From Albugo candida (taxonomy: Eukaryota): 64,000 nucleotides of DNA. Below, piece by piece: positions 25,807-38,067 of this stretch. The first letter of the stretch is position 1. Each line of letters opens with the position of its first letter. Made by a program: the position numbers and the translations under genes. The notes below the pieces were generated by a model. The model did no database searches. It saw only the letters and a list, made by a program, of their open reading frames with translations, and was not told the origin of the DNA. The DNA is taken from contig JBDOQK010000046.1 in the NCBI GenBank assembly GCA_040437565.1, forward strand, positions 1 through 64,000, in the 5' to 3' direction.

Positions 25807-28284
25807 CTATGGGCTATCCTTACAAATCCTCTCGTGTGTGTATTTCAAATCGATGCTGTGCGTGACGACTGGGACATATTGATGGTATGGATACTTGGTT
25901 TGTAAGCGATACATGATCACTCCGGCAAGAAGAACAACTGAATTGATCCAGAAACTGGTCCACGTTTTGAAAAGCTCATTAAGAAGGATAAATACTCCAA
26001 CCGAAAATGGCAATGTCATCACAACTAAGAGCGCGTTATTTGACAGATTGATGCGATATGGACGCTCCAATTGTGGATGTGAGAATCGCATCCGTACTGC
26101 AGCACACATTTCCACGAGCGATGCCAATGCTGAGTAAAAGTTGTCAATGCCTTGGATAGCATCAAAATCAAAAAACCCCAGTCCGATAATCATACAAAAT
26201 GACAAGAGGATGGCACGACGAGGAGCTCCACTTCTTTCATCTCGCCTACAACAAATACTCAGTCACCTTGCTCGGATCACTTTTAAAACAATTGATCTAC
26301 TGAGCAAAGAAGGGAGGTGCTAATCCAGAATCAGCCATTCCTGCCAGTTGGAATCCGTCTTTGGTCATTTCTGCCACATAAAGTCCCAAATTCCCAAACA
26401 ATGATGAAGTGAGAACCCACACACTTAGCCAAGTTCCCCCGATGGCTTGTGCAATGACAGTGTACGATCCATCTGTCCATTCAGCGAAATGAGGCTTATC
26501 CACGCCTGATATTGCCAGGAAAGGAATCACGTATCTAGAAGGAAAAGCTTATCAATCGATACGACGACCACTTTGGTACCCACGTGACAGCAATCATAAG
26601 CACAGTCAGCATCATCGCACGCGGGTAAGTGGTCCGAGGAGACTTGATTTCTCCAGCGTAGGCCCCAGCTGCGTCAAAACCGCTATAGTTCCAGTACAAT
26701 GAGCTCAACAGCCTTCCCCAATCTCTCTACTCTATCGTCAAAATCGTTCGGAAAGTGATTTCTCTGTGGGCTACTTACATTCTGAGACACAACATACCAA
26801 TTGCCAATTCGGATCTGAGGCAAACTGAATGCAACAAGCACGGAAAATGGCAAGAAAACCATAAAACACATGATCAGTAATGTATGTCCAACGAGTTTAA
26901 TACTGGAGAGCGTCGGTAACATGAATAAGAATGCAAACGCACTCCGAGCAAGAAAGCGACCCAAGCCAAAGTACGAGTCGTAAGCACCGGCAACGACTGC
27001 TTCTATGACAACACTGGAGCGTGAAAAAGTATCAGCTTAAAGAAATCCCAAACCTGTCCCAGTCATTCGATTGTTGGAAAGAATCATTAGAGTGTCGACG
27101 ATCAAGCAAGGGTAAATGGCATTATCAATAACACCAGAAATCCACGACCAAAAACCAACTTGGAAGCCCATACTCTTCCCGAACGCCACACCAACCCATT
27201 TACAGAAGCTTCCATCCGTCGGAAATGCGGTGAATAGCTCTGCNNNNNNNNNNNNNNNNNNNNNNNNNNNNNNNNNNNNNNNNNNNNNNNNNNNNNNNNN
27301 NNNNNNNNNNNNNNNNNNNNNNNNNNNNNNNNNNNNNNNNNNNGAAATGAGGCTTATCCACGCCTGATATTGCCAGGAAAGGAATCACGTATCTAGAAGG
27401 AAAAGCTTATCAATCGATACGACGACCACTTTGGTACCCACGTGACAGCAATCATAAGCACAGTCAGCATCATCGCACGCGGGTAAGTGGTCCGAGGAGA
27501 CTTGATTTCTCCAGCGTAGGCCCCAGCTGCGTCAAAACCGCTATAGTTCCAGTACAATGAGCTCAACAGCCTTCCCCAATCTCTCTACTCTATCGTCAAA
27601 ATCGTTCGGAAAGTGATTTCTCTGTGGGCTACTTACATTCTGAGACACAACATACCAATTGCCAATTCGGATCTGAGGCAAACTGAATGCAACAAGCACG
27701 GAAAATGGCAAGAAAACCATAAAACACATGATCAGTAATGTATGTCCAACGAGTTTAATACTGGAGAGCGTCGGTAACATGAATAAGAATGCAAACGCAC
27801 TCCGAGCAAGAAAGCGACCCAAGCCAAAGTACGAGTCGTAAGCACCGGCAACGACTGCTTCTATGACAACACTGGAGCGTGAAAAAGTATCAGCTTAAAG
27901 AAATCCCAAACCTGTCCCAGTCATTCGATTGTTGGAAAGAATCATTAGAGTGTCGACGATCAAGCAAGGGTAAATGGCATTATCAATAACACCAGAAATC
28001 CACGACCAAAAACCAACTTGGAAGCCCATACTCTTCCCGAACGCCACACCAACCCATTTACAGAAGCTTCCATCCGTCGGAAATGCGGTGAATAGCTCTG
28101 CAAATGTCAACGACACGGGCAAGCACCATACCCAAGGGAACACAATCACTGCAATTATCCCAATCAGTGGACCGCACGACGCAATGATCGGCTCGCTTCC
28201 CCAAGGGCCACCGCTCACATTGAAGTATGTGATCAATGCAACCGATAAAATGCCGAGCTGTCGATGTGCATGTGCACCTGTCAT
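25807..28284 (-). CDS. APC-superfamily polyamine/amino-acid transporter (PUT/RMV1/LAT-like), multi-exon; about 760 bp duplicated across a gap
   Basis: YFNVSGGPWGSEPII, AEL.TAFPTDG, IDNAIYP, WNYSGFDAAGAYAGEI..P.TTYPRA, GMADSGLAPPFF, HPQLERPYRI; many hydrophobic segments. Confidence 0.88.
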
Positions 28285-28574
28285 CGAGACAATCGGTCGA
28301 TTTTTCGACTTTTTGCTTATACCATAGGTGTATACGTAGTATACTGATATACACGCGAAGTGGATGAGACTCGAGGATTCGAGAAAGACGAGAGCCTGGA
28401 CAAGAAAGCTCTGGTAAAACGACTATGATGGATCGCTACTATTTTAGTCATACTGTGATAGCTAGCTTATCCGAGTTAAAAAAAGAAAAATTCCTGTCCC
28501 AGAGTTAAAAGTGATACGCTCCGATTGGAAATGAGCTTTTGAATTGCAACGTGTTTACATTTACACTGAAATTG

Positions 28575-30278
28575 ATGTTCTCTATCTCAGTCAATTTTCG
28601 ATCCAAAAAAGTTCTGCACGGGTTGTTTTGCCTTGGGATCGCCGCTTTTGCTCTATGCCTGTTACTATTCAACATACGACTGGATGAGCACGTGACTCCT
28701 GCTAATCTGGCAGGGTTTCAGACGCTGTACATCCCGTTTTTTGGAAATAAGGCGTTTTCGAGTAAAGTATCTGATACCTGGCTAACGTTACCAAAGAAAC
28801 TATCTCCGGTAAAAAAATCCGTGCAAGAGAGGTGGAAGGAGTTGGGCAATTTGTCCGACTACGAATGCGTGGCGTGGCGCCAGACGCAAAAGTGCACACC
28901 GGACGGTTTATTAGAACCAAAATATAACTCGAGTTGTGACAGCTCCATTTCACGCGGGGTCTCGGGATACTGTGAGATTCGACACCGTGGGAGTGGAACG
29001 ATACTCCGAGTTTTAGAAATGCATTGTAGATCTCTTCGCATTCGGGTCAAAATTAAATGTTCTGACTTTAAGCTGTACCTTGGCTACGGACCTTCAGCTT
29101 TGAAGTATGTTCATGATACTCCGAAGAATGGTTTTGGTATGTGCGCGACTTTACAAGATGGTGGAATCATGAGGGGTACGGAAAAACGGGAAAATACAAC
29201 TGAAACAGTCACACATCCTCGCGATGGAATCGCTATCGTTATTCACGGCCGTGTGTTGGAAAGTGTGTATGCTTCTGTGCGGTCACTTCGCTTGATGGGT
29301 TGTGAATTGCCAATCGAACTTTGGTACAAACCACAAGAGCTCGATCCTGCCGTGCATCCCATCTTGGTCAAATTGCTAAAGACAGGTCTGGTAGCTAATA
29401 TCACCATCCGGGCAATTGAGGATCAACGCTTTAAGCGATTTTATACAAAATTTTACGCTGTGTACTATAGTAATTTCCAGCGCGTCTTACTGTTGGACGC
29501 AGACAACTTTGCTGTTCGTGATCCAACTTATTTATTTAAGTCTGATATTTTCGGAAGGACAGGTGCTATTTTTTGGCCCGACTTTTGGCATTCCCGAAAG
29601 TCGATTTTCAATATTCATCCTGAGAGTTTTGTGTGGGACGTACTGGATCTCGATTATGTGGATATGTTTGAGCAAGAAAGCGGGCAAGTGCTAATCGATC
29701 GTTGTCGTCATCACCGACCATTGGACACACTGATGTATTATGGTCTCCACGCACACGTATTAGAAAAAACAAGAATTGTTTGGGGGGACAAAGATTTGTT
29801 TCGATTTGCATGGATGAAATCCAACAGCACGTTTTATATGATCAAGAGGCCTCCGGGATCAGCTGGATTGAAGTTAAGCGATCATGATTTGTTCTGTGGA
29901 GTCACAATCGTACAATACGATATGCATAATGAAATTCTCTTCTTACATCGCAACCAAGAAAAGTTCTCTCCGAAGAAATATGGGTATATATGGCATCACA
30001 TTCAAGAATTTCACCCCACAAAACTAGGGGCATCTCTTGCTGATTACATTGTACGTGGTGCCAACGGAGGAAAATACTATCCTCAATTTCGGCGTTGTTT
30101 TGGGAAAGATGCTGATTACAAAGGAATATTCACAGTCAAATCTATCCGTCAGTATCATTTTGCTGGTCTGGAGAACCAGCTTATCGACTTTCTGCTCGAG
30201 ATCATACCAAATACGACTTTAGTACCGCATGATTCACGACAAAGAGGTCAAATTAGATCTGAAAAGCGCGATTCTTGA
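28575..30278 (+). CDS. GT71 / MNN-like alpha-mannosyltransferase-like glycosyltransferase (type II membrane)
   Basis: N-terminal TM; ELPIELWY, LLLDADNF (DxD), AIFWPDFW, FEQESGQVLID, WGDKDLFRFAW, LFLHRN; Cys-rich CVAWRQT..C stem. Confidence 0.88.
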   Translation: MFSISVNFRSKKVLHGLFCLGIAAFALCLLLFNIRLDEHVTPANLAGFQTLYIPFFGNKAFSSKVSDTWLTLPKKLSPVKKSVQERWKELGNLSDYECVAWRQTQKCTPDGLLEPKYNSSCDSSISRGVSGYCEIRHRGSGTILRVLEMHCRSLRIRVKIKCSDFKLYLGYGPSALKYVHDTPKNGFGMCATLQDGGIMRGTEKRENTTETVTHPRDGIAIVIHGRVLESVYASVRSLRLMGCELPIELWYKPQELDPAVHPILVKLLKTGLVANITIRAIEDQRFKRFYTKFYAVYYSNFQRVLLLDADNFAVRDPTYLFKSDIFGRTGAIFWPDFWHSRKSIFNIHPESFVWDVLDLDYVDMFEQESGQVLIDRCRHHRPLDTLMYYGLHAHVLEKTRIVWGDKDLFRFAWMKSNSTFYMIKRPPGSAGLKLSDHDLFCGVTIVQYDMHNEILFLHRNQEKFSPKKYGYIWHHIQEFHPTKLGASLADYIVRGANGGKYYPQFRRCFGKDADYKGIFTVKSIRQYHFAGLENQLIDFLLEIIPNTTLVPHDSRQRGQIRSEKRDS

Positions 30279-30658
30279 GAAGGACTCATCGTGGAATTTT
30301 AAAAAGCCGAATGAATGCATTCCATTTGATAATAGAAAAAAATCGACGATAGAAGCGTAAAGCCAAAATTCGTGGAAATTTTGAATTCTGTATTTCTCAT
30401 CAACTTTGTTCCCACTTGTATTGACAATGTCGTTCAAATTTATCTACTTTCAAAAGGTACATAAGATCCATCCGCCCATTACCAATGAGTCGCAATAAGC
30501 CATCCAGTTGAAGATGTTTAAATCGCTAGAATTAGACAAAGTAACTTCTCTAGTTGCCTAAGCTATCTTGGTTGCAGGTGTCTGTATACTAAAATCAGAC
30601 TAACTGACTTCTCTGGTTGCCTATTCAACAATAAATAACATACATACATACTAGAGAA

Positions 30659-30810
30659 TATGGGGATTTTATACCACTTTTTTCAAAACTATGGTTTATA
30701 TACCAAAAGTTTCAAAAATATGGTATTTATACCAAACGTTTAAACAATATGGATTATATACCAAAACTTAAAAAAATATGGTTTTTATATCAAGAGTTAA
30801 AAAAATATGG
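30659..30810. repeat. AT-rich 29-bp tandem repeat running into a gap
   Basis: TATGG recurs at 30659, 30690, 30719, 30748, 30777, 30806; unit is approximately TATGGTTTATATACCAAAAGTTTCAAAAA. Confidence 0.9.
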
Positions 30811-31580
30811 NNNNNNNNNNNNNNNNNNNNNNNNNNNNNNNNNNNNNNNNNNNNNNNNNNNNNNNNNNNNNNNNNNNNNNNNNNNNNNNNNNNNNNNNNN
30901 NNNNNNNNNNATTCTTAAGTGCTATATCGTTAGAATATTCACATCTGGCGACTATGACGACTGCCAGCAACGACGTATACGTTGGTGAGACACAAGAGTC
31001 AAGTGACGGCTGTTCACCAGGGGACTGGGCATACGGGCGTGCATACTTCTACTATGTACATTACATGAATCAAGCATTGACTTGTTGCTTCAGTCTCTTT
31101 CAATCCAGTCATAGATCGAATCGGAGTGCGCATACTTTCTTGTGCACTACCGCTAAATGATTACGCATGGTCGATGCATTTAAAAAGTTCCAGAGCTATC
31201 ACATTTGTCCATTATAGCCTAATCTTGCGAGAACTCCATGCAACGCTTGTTGCCGCTGATTCTTGATCACTCACCTGATTACCGACATTGTTACACGTGA
31301 TCAAGATGCTTCCAATTGCCATTTCATTTCTTCTTTGTGAGCCTTGATGCATCGTGTACGGTGTCTTGAGTCCATTATAACAGTTGGGTTTTCACATCGG
31401 CTTCAATGGGATCTGGTTTTTCATCAACAAACCATTGCATAAGCCCCGGATTTTAGGACCGAAGCTAATCACCCCAAAATTGAGTATAATGTCAGTTTAT
31501 GCATCGATACGTGTGCCAAGCACAGTTAATCGGTTTGAAACTCGATGGTCAGTCAAGTGGTTCTATATAACAGCTTTGAA

Positions 31581-32030
31581 ATGTATTCTTTGGTACCACA
31601 ATTGTCAAGCAATGGGTAGCATACCTGGCGACTGTTAGAGTGTTCGTGTTTTGGTCATACATGACCACGATTCCGCTTACATGCAAATGAACGAAGTATT
31701 GGGTGCTCTTGTAGAAGATGGCGTTAACATCACCGAAGTAACAGATTTTGATGCGATGTTTGGCGATATTGTGCTGGCAAGTGAGCGAAAATGGTTCCAT
31801 TTCAGGAAATTTCCAAAACTGACAAATTCTATCCAATCGCTCAGACAAAGTACCAAGTGCGACTAGAAATCTAAAGCATATTCTGAAGTCCTTCCAAAAG
31901 TTGAGTGTAGATCCATCTACAGTGATGTTCTTTTCTCGAAGCAAACACATCGTCCTCGAGTTGAGCCCTGGGAGTAACAACGAAATCAACTGGATTTGAA
32001 AAAAAAAACGATCAACATTGAGAACATTTG
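31581..32030 (+). pseudogene. Dim1/TXNL4A pseudogene with a roughly 140-bp insertion (about 31762-31903)
   Basis: MYSLVPQLSS, HDHDSAYMQMNEVL..ED..NITEVTDFDAMF, then DPSTVMFFSRSKHIVLEL.PG.NNEINW; stops and deletions. Confidence 0.85.
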
Positions 32031-35000
32031 CTTTCAATACGCTAGCGACCCCTTTTGCAAGACATCGAACGGCGCTATCGTTTACTCTTCATTAATTCTT
32101 CGCGCTCGTTATGATCCAAGTGTTATATTCCTCCCATTATCAGATATGCCCATATCGCGAGCAAACGGAGAAGTTGGAAAGAATAGCAACCGCTTCGAAA
32201 TCATTCAATTTGGCTACAATGTAAGTACTTTCAGTCCTTACATGAAATTTGGCTATTCCTTGTAACGAGTATCCGTGTCTTCGATGGATCATTTTCTTTT
32301 TCGTATCCGCAATAAAGCTGAATACAGTACCTCGAAATACCGATCATGCCTGATTGAGGTCTATAAATTCAACTTGGCATGCTGGAAGCAGAATCAAGCT
32401 GACTTTATTTGCTAGGTAACAAAAAAAAGGCGTGCTAATCGGTTAACAATGCACTGACCGGATGGATGCCAGCGTTTGGTTGCCACCCAGCCATAACTTT
32501 TAAACAAAAGCAAAAGTTACAGGCGACAGTAGTTACAACGTACTTCCGAACACTTACTACTGTAAAGCCGTTGTTGTGGCAACCAGATATGGAAGCACAA
32601 CCAATAAGAAGTGGCACGTGCGAACCTCACTCGCTAGTGTTATATTGACCACTCCATCCTTTTGAGTGCTTTCAGGTAGTGAATCGGCATCAACACCCCT
32701 TCTCCGGTGAATTTTCACAAAAACCAACAAAGAACCTAGGTGTCATATGCCATATGACCAACACGACTAAGTAGAGTCAGAATAGTCTCATTCAATAGTT
32801 TTGGCAATGTCAGATCGACCGGGACGAAATCATCAAAGAGTCAAAAATATCAAAGTGAAAGTGAATTTGGAGGAGAAACATGCAGAAATATCTTATTTTA
32901 TTGCACGGAGACATGAGACGATATGAATCATCGTGCGCTTTCACTCTTCTTTTTGAATAATTGTCAAGCTTCGTGCTGGCTATCATTTGTCGAACCTGAT
33001 TGAAAGGACTACAACACCATACCATGAAAAGGACTCAACATTGTGATTTAAATGGAAGTATCCCAAAATCATACTTTCACGCATGCGGTACGAGATTGCA
33101 CACGCCTTTGTTTGTATGATTCTGATGCAATACTCTGTACCAATGCAGTAACAGGTCACAATCTACATGTACGTGTCGATGGCACATGTTCAAAAAGTAC
33201 AGAAGCATGATTAGAAGGGCGAACAGCTAGTTGGCGCGTTTTTTTCGTGCAATGAATAGGCAATCACTCGCGCAAAGATAGACGTTTTGATACATACATC
33301 TACAAGAGTAACTAGCTGGACTACTTGACTACTCGAGTAAATGAGCCTAAAGTCTTGATATGACCGCAACAAGGCNNNNNNNNNNNNNNNNNNNNNNNNN
33401 NNNNNNNNNNNNNNNNNNNNNNNNNNNNNNNNNNNNNNNNNNNNNNNNNNNNNNNNNNNNNNNNNNNNNNNNNNNAAAAAAAAGGCGTGCTAATCGGTTA
33501 ACAATGCACTGACCGGATGGATGCCAGCGTTTGGTTGCCACCCAGCCATAACTTTTAAACAAAAGCAAAAGTTACAGGCGACAGTAGTTACAACGTACTT
33601 CCGAACACTTACTACTGTAAAGCCGTTGTTGTGGCAACCAGATATGGAAGCACAACCAATAAGAAGTGGCACGTGCGAACCTCACTCGCTAGTGTTATAT
33701 TGACCACTCCATCCTTTTGAGTGCTTTCAGGTAGTGAATCGGCATCAACACCCCTTCTCCGGTGAATTTTCACAAAAACCAACAAAGAACCTAGGTGTCA
33801 TATGCCATATGACCAACACGACTAAGTAGAGTCAGAATAGTCTCATTCAATAGTTTTGGCAATGTCAGATCGACCGGGACGAAATCATCAAAGAGTCAAA
33901 AATATCAAAGTGAAAGTGAATTTGGAGGAGAAACATGCAGAAATATCTTATTTTATTGCACGGAGACATGAGACGATATGAATCATCGTGCGCTTTCACT
34001 CTTCTTTTTGAATAATTGTCAAGCTTCGTGCTGGCTATCATTTGTCGAACCTGATTGAAAGGACTACAACACCATACCATGAAAAGGACTCAACATTGTG
34101 ATTTAAATGGAAGTATCCCAAAATCATACTTTCACGCATGCGGTACGAGATTGCACACGCCTTTGTTTGTATGATTCTGATGCAATACTCTGTACCAATG
34201 CAGTAACAGGTCACAATCTACATGTACGTGTCGATGGCACATGTTCAAAAAGTACAGAAGCATGATTAGAAGGGCGAACAGCTAGTTGGCGCGTTTTTTT
34301 CGTGCAATGAATAGGCAATCACTCGCGCAAAGATAGACGTTTTGATACATACATCTACAAGAGTGACTAGCTGGACTACTTGACTACTCGAGTAAATGAG
34401 CCTAAAGTCTTGATATGACCGCAACAAGGCACGAGGAACTAGCGCAGATTGAGTTGCTTCACAACGCTACACATAGCATCGTGCACGAAGATTGCGCTAA
34501 CCGCTCTTGCGCTGATTCTATCTAGCAGAACGAGAAACTTTAATTGATTTTGCTTGCATTTTGATCGTACACATTTTGTTTCCTTGATGATCCCGCTGTT
34601 GCGTAATCTTGCAACAGCTTTGTATTTAGATTGTCTTGTTTCTCGCGCCCATGCGGTAGTTCATCATTGAATGTTTCAAATTCTTACTTTGATGCTCCAT
34701 TAAATAATTTGGATGCAAGTACTTGCTACGAGTGTTTCTTGCGACCGAGGACAAGACTTTCCTTCGTTTATCGGGGTGCAACCAACCAAAAGAACATACG
34801 AAAAGCTTGATAGATGATGATCTACCGAACTTGAACTAGTCTACCTGTTTTCGTATAAGGGTTCCTTCCACTTGAAAGCTTGGACGTAGAAGAAGTCCCG
34901 CAGAGACATCCTTGTTTATATTCGGATGAGTCATCATGCAATGAATGCCTTTCCTGGGCGTAATCTAACAAACCTCTGATATCGTCATATCTGGTTATAA

Positions 35001-35248
35001 TGTTGATGAAAATGTGCGCCACGTAAGATTCCATCCCTTCCTTTACATCCATGGTGATCCATTTTGATCTTGTATGTATACGTGTAGACAATTTGACAGA
35101 GGTGATACCAGTCGATGATGATCGATTGTGTAATTTCAATGGTATTCAAATTACCCCAACTCATTGCGGATGATAAATAGTGAGGTGGCCAGAATAGACG
35201 AGGAAGTCTTGCTCAATGCCACATGTCAGATGGAATTCTAATTGTTAT

Positions 35249-36350
35249 ATGATAAAGCAAGTAAGGCATACTTTTGTATTCATCTGGAGCTTTTTTCAGT
35301 ATGGAAGTAGTGGGAAAAGCAAGTCGTTCCTCAACAGCATGTTTCCAAAATTTCATGCGGGAGCGATGATAAAATATCCATCACTGAAACCTGCATTGCA
35401 AGCTCTGGCCCAAATACCGATGGCGTGATGGTATACGGATCAAAAAGGCAATATTCCTTAACTTGAAGTGTACCTGGACGTTTGTGATTCTGTGTACAAT
35501 GATTTCAACAAGACGTTGGATTGCTTGTCACTAAAACCCATCAGGTCTGATTTCGATGAAAAAGTGATTATAGTTTATGGGCTACCGAACGAGGACTGCA
35601 AAGACAAGCTTTCACCATTTGGAAGCAATAAGAATGCTGAAGGTTACAAGGCGTTTATACAGAATTTGATGGATGGCAATGTGAATAAAACGAAGGTCGT
35701 CTATATACTGGAGCCTGACGCTATTGGCTTACTTGCTGTCGACGGGTATGCCGCAAAAGCTCAGTATGAAAAAAATCTGGCTACGGCTATTGACCTGCTG
35801 GTCAGTGATCAGTGACGCCCAATCAGTAGCAAAAATTGTAAAAGGTGTTGATCCGGACCAAAAGTGTACTGGAATCGCTCTGAACACGGCAAATCACCGC
35901 AGCGTTGAAGAGATGCATACATACTGCGAGCGATATCGAAAAGCCATAGGACGAGACGTTCAGTGCATCATTGATACTTCACGGAACAATCTTCCGCGGT
36001 CGCCTAAAGAAGAATGGTGCAACTATAAGAAGGCTGGTATTGGTCGCCTACCAACTAAAAAAGTCAAGTACAATGATACCTATGCTTATTCGTAAACTAA
36101 AATCGCAGAAGAAAGTGATGGAGAATGTACTGGCAGAACATCGGATGCATTGCCAAGAGGGCCACCTGCAGGAGATTTTTTTGCTCAACCCTTAGTCAAT
36201 TTGTGGAACAATGGAATCTATGTCACTAAATTCAAGTATCCTGAAGTATCTCTAACGAACCCTTGGACTTCTCCCAAAACAGGAGAGAGGTGCTATTAAG
36301 GTTTTGTGTGAAAGGGAAACGATGTCATCGTAATCCTGGTGCGCAATCAG
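35249..36350 (+). pseudogene. GH6 pseudogene, near full length
   Basis: Collinear with 3204-4256; stops at 35426, about 35460 and 36093; microhomology (AGTGA)-bounded deletion near 35810. Confidence 0.92.
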
Positions 36351-37695
36351 GTCATTTTGCTTGAAATACATCACATTTTTCGCTTTAGCCTTTTTCAGTT
36401 AAGACTGACCCTACTTCGAAAAGCAAGCAACGATCGAGCCTGTGGGACCTCCGCACCCTATCGTTTGCCGATACTTTGTCGATATACATCGTAACTTCGT
36501 GCTCCATCCAACGCTTCGTCTTGCTCAGTTCTTTGAGTCAAAACGAAGAGGTAAGATCTTGTGCTCGATCATAGTAGGCAGAGTAGTTTGATAAGCTACA
36601 GGAAATAAGAAGAACATACAGGCTTCACTGCCTTTTAGTCCTGCAGCAGTGAGTACTTCACACTTGGGATGCTATTTCCAGTCGAGATCAAAAATCAGTT
36701 ACCACAATGGGTGTAGCGGTTGCGTAGCTGCTCGTCACAAGCCGATATGTTGTTGTATTACGACTAAAATAATAGATCGTGTGGATAAATCGATTGACCG
36801 CCTTAGACAAATACGGCATCCCAAAGGTATGTTGTATCATGTTATTATTCTTGGAAATGCGATAGTCACGTGGTTAATTGCCTGATGAGATTGATAAAAT
36901 GTTGGGGTCGCTCGAATTAATTGAGACCGTAGCTTTACACATAACATGAGAAAGAAGACGAATCCTTCGAGTGCGGTCTTCTGTCAACGCTCGTGACTAT
37001 GCATGATAGCCATCGATACCATCAGCGTTTTCGACCACGCATCTATTCATTCATCTGTTGTTTCAGCAGCATATTCAGATTCTAACAACCGAAGTTTCAT
37101 CGAGTCTATTCGATGACTTCTATCTCACTATTTTCCTCAAATAGCACACTTATGGTCTTTTCGGCTCAAGTGCATCCACTTGTCATAATGTGAATTTTGT
37201 ATCGGCCCTTTTTCAAAGCGCTCCTTCTTCTTCATTACCGCGGACTTCTCCTTCGCAGTAAATGTCACTATCTCAATCATACCCTTCGTATCTTCGCACC
37301 ACTACGTTGAATTCCATTCAAATTCCTACCCTGTAAAGAGTTTTTGCTTGAGTATCCATGCAGCATCGGAGTGTCCTGATGGAAGTACGTTACGAATTTG
37401 GTATCAAAGTCGTCCTTCTAGCGATTCTGAGTAGAATGGTAAAAATCATACTCAACAAGTTATGGGTATCTTTGTGAAGAAAAAGATTCATGCGGAATGC
37501 AACAACTTGTTTAAGCCTAACTGGAAGCACTTCCTTAGACTGCTGCAGATATTTTGCGGTCATGCAAAATACCACAACGGCAACTTGACGGCAATTCCTG
37601 ACTGTAAGTACAGCGAAATGCTATGGACAAGCCCGTTCGTGAAGTTGGTGTGAAGAACACGAAAGTGGCAACTGATCGTATTCAATAGCGTTGCG

Positions 37696-38067
37696 ATGTC
37701 TTATTTGTTGCCACATTTATCGAGTGGGTGGGCAGTGGATCAGGCAATTTTGAGTGAAAGTGGTCGCGTTGTGGTTATACGATTCGGTCATGACCACGAT
37801 TCGACTTGTATGCAAATGGACGAAGTATTAAGCGGTATTGCCGAAGATGTTAAGAACTTTGCTGTGATTTATGTCGTTGATATCACTGAAGTACCGGATT
37901 TCAATACGATGTATGAATTGTACGACCCCTGTACAGTGATGTTCTTTTTCCGAAATAAACACATTATGATCGATTTGGGCACTGGGAATAACAATAAAAT
38001 CAATTGGGCTTTCAATAACAAACAAGAGATGATCGATATACTCGAAACAGTGTATCGAGGAGCTCGT
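37696..38067 (+). CDS. TXNL4A: Dim1 / U5 snRNP thioredoxin-like protein 4A (C-terminus in gap)
   Basis: MSYLLPHLSSGWAVDQAILSE..IRFGHD..CMQMDEVL..VPDFNTMYELYDPCTVMFFFRNKHIMIDLGTGNNNKINWA..VYRGAR. Confidence 0.97.

Noticed and set aside
26487-28101. Apparent tandem transporter genes
   Set aside because: One gene with a gap-flanking overlap; merging gives a single transporter.
30659-30810. CRISPR-like periodicity
   Set aside because: Units are contiguous with no unique spacers, there are no cas genes, and the context is eukaryotic.
32420-34430. About 955-bp direct repeat
   Set aside because: Same gap-overlap artefact; no recognisable coding or LTR features.
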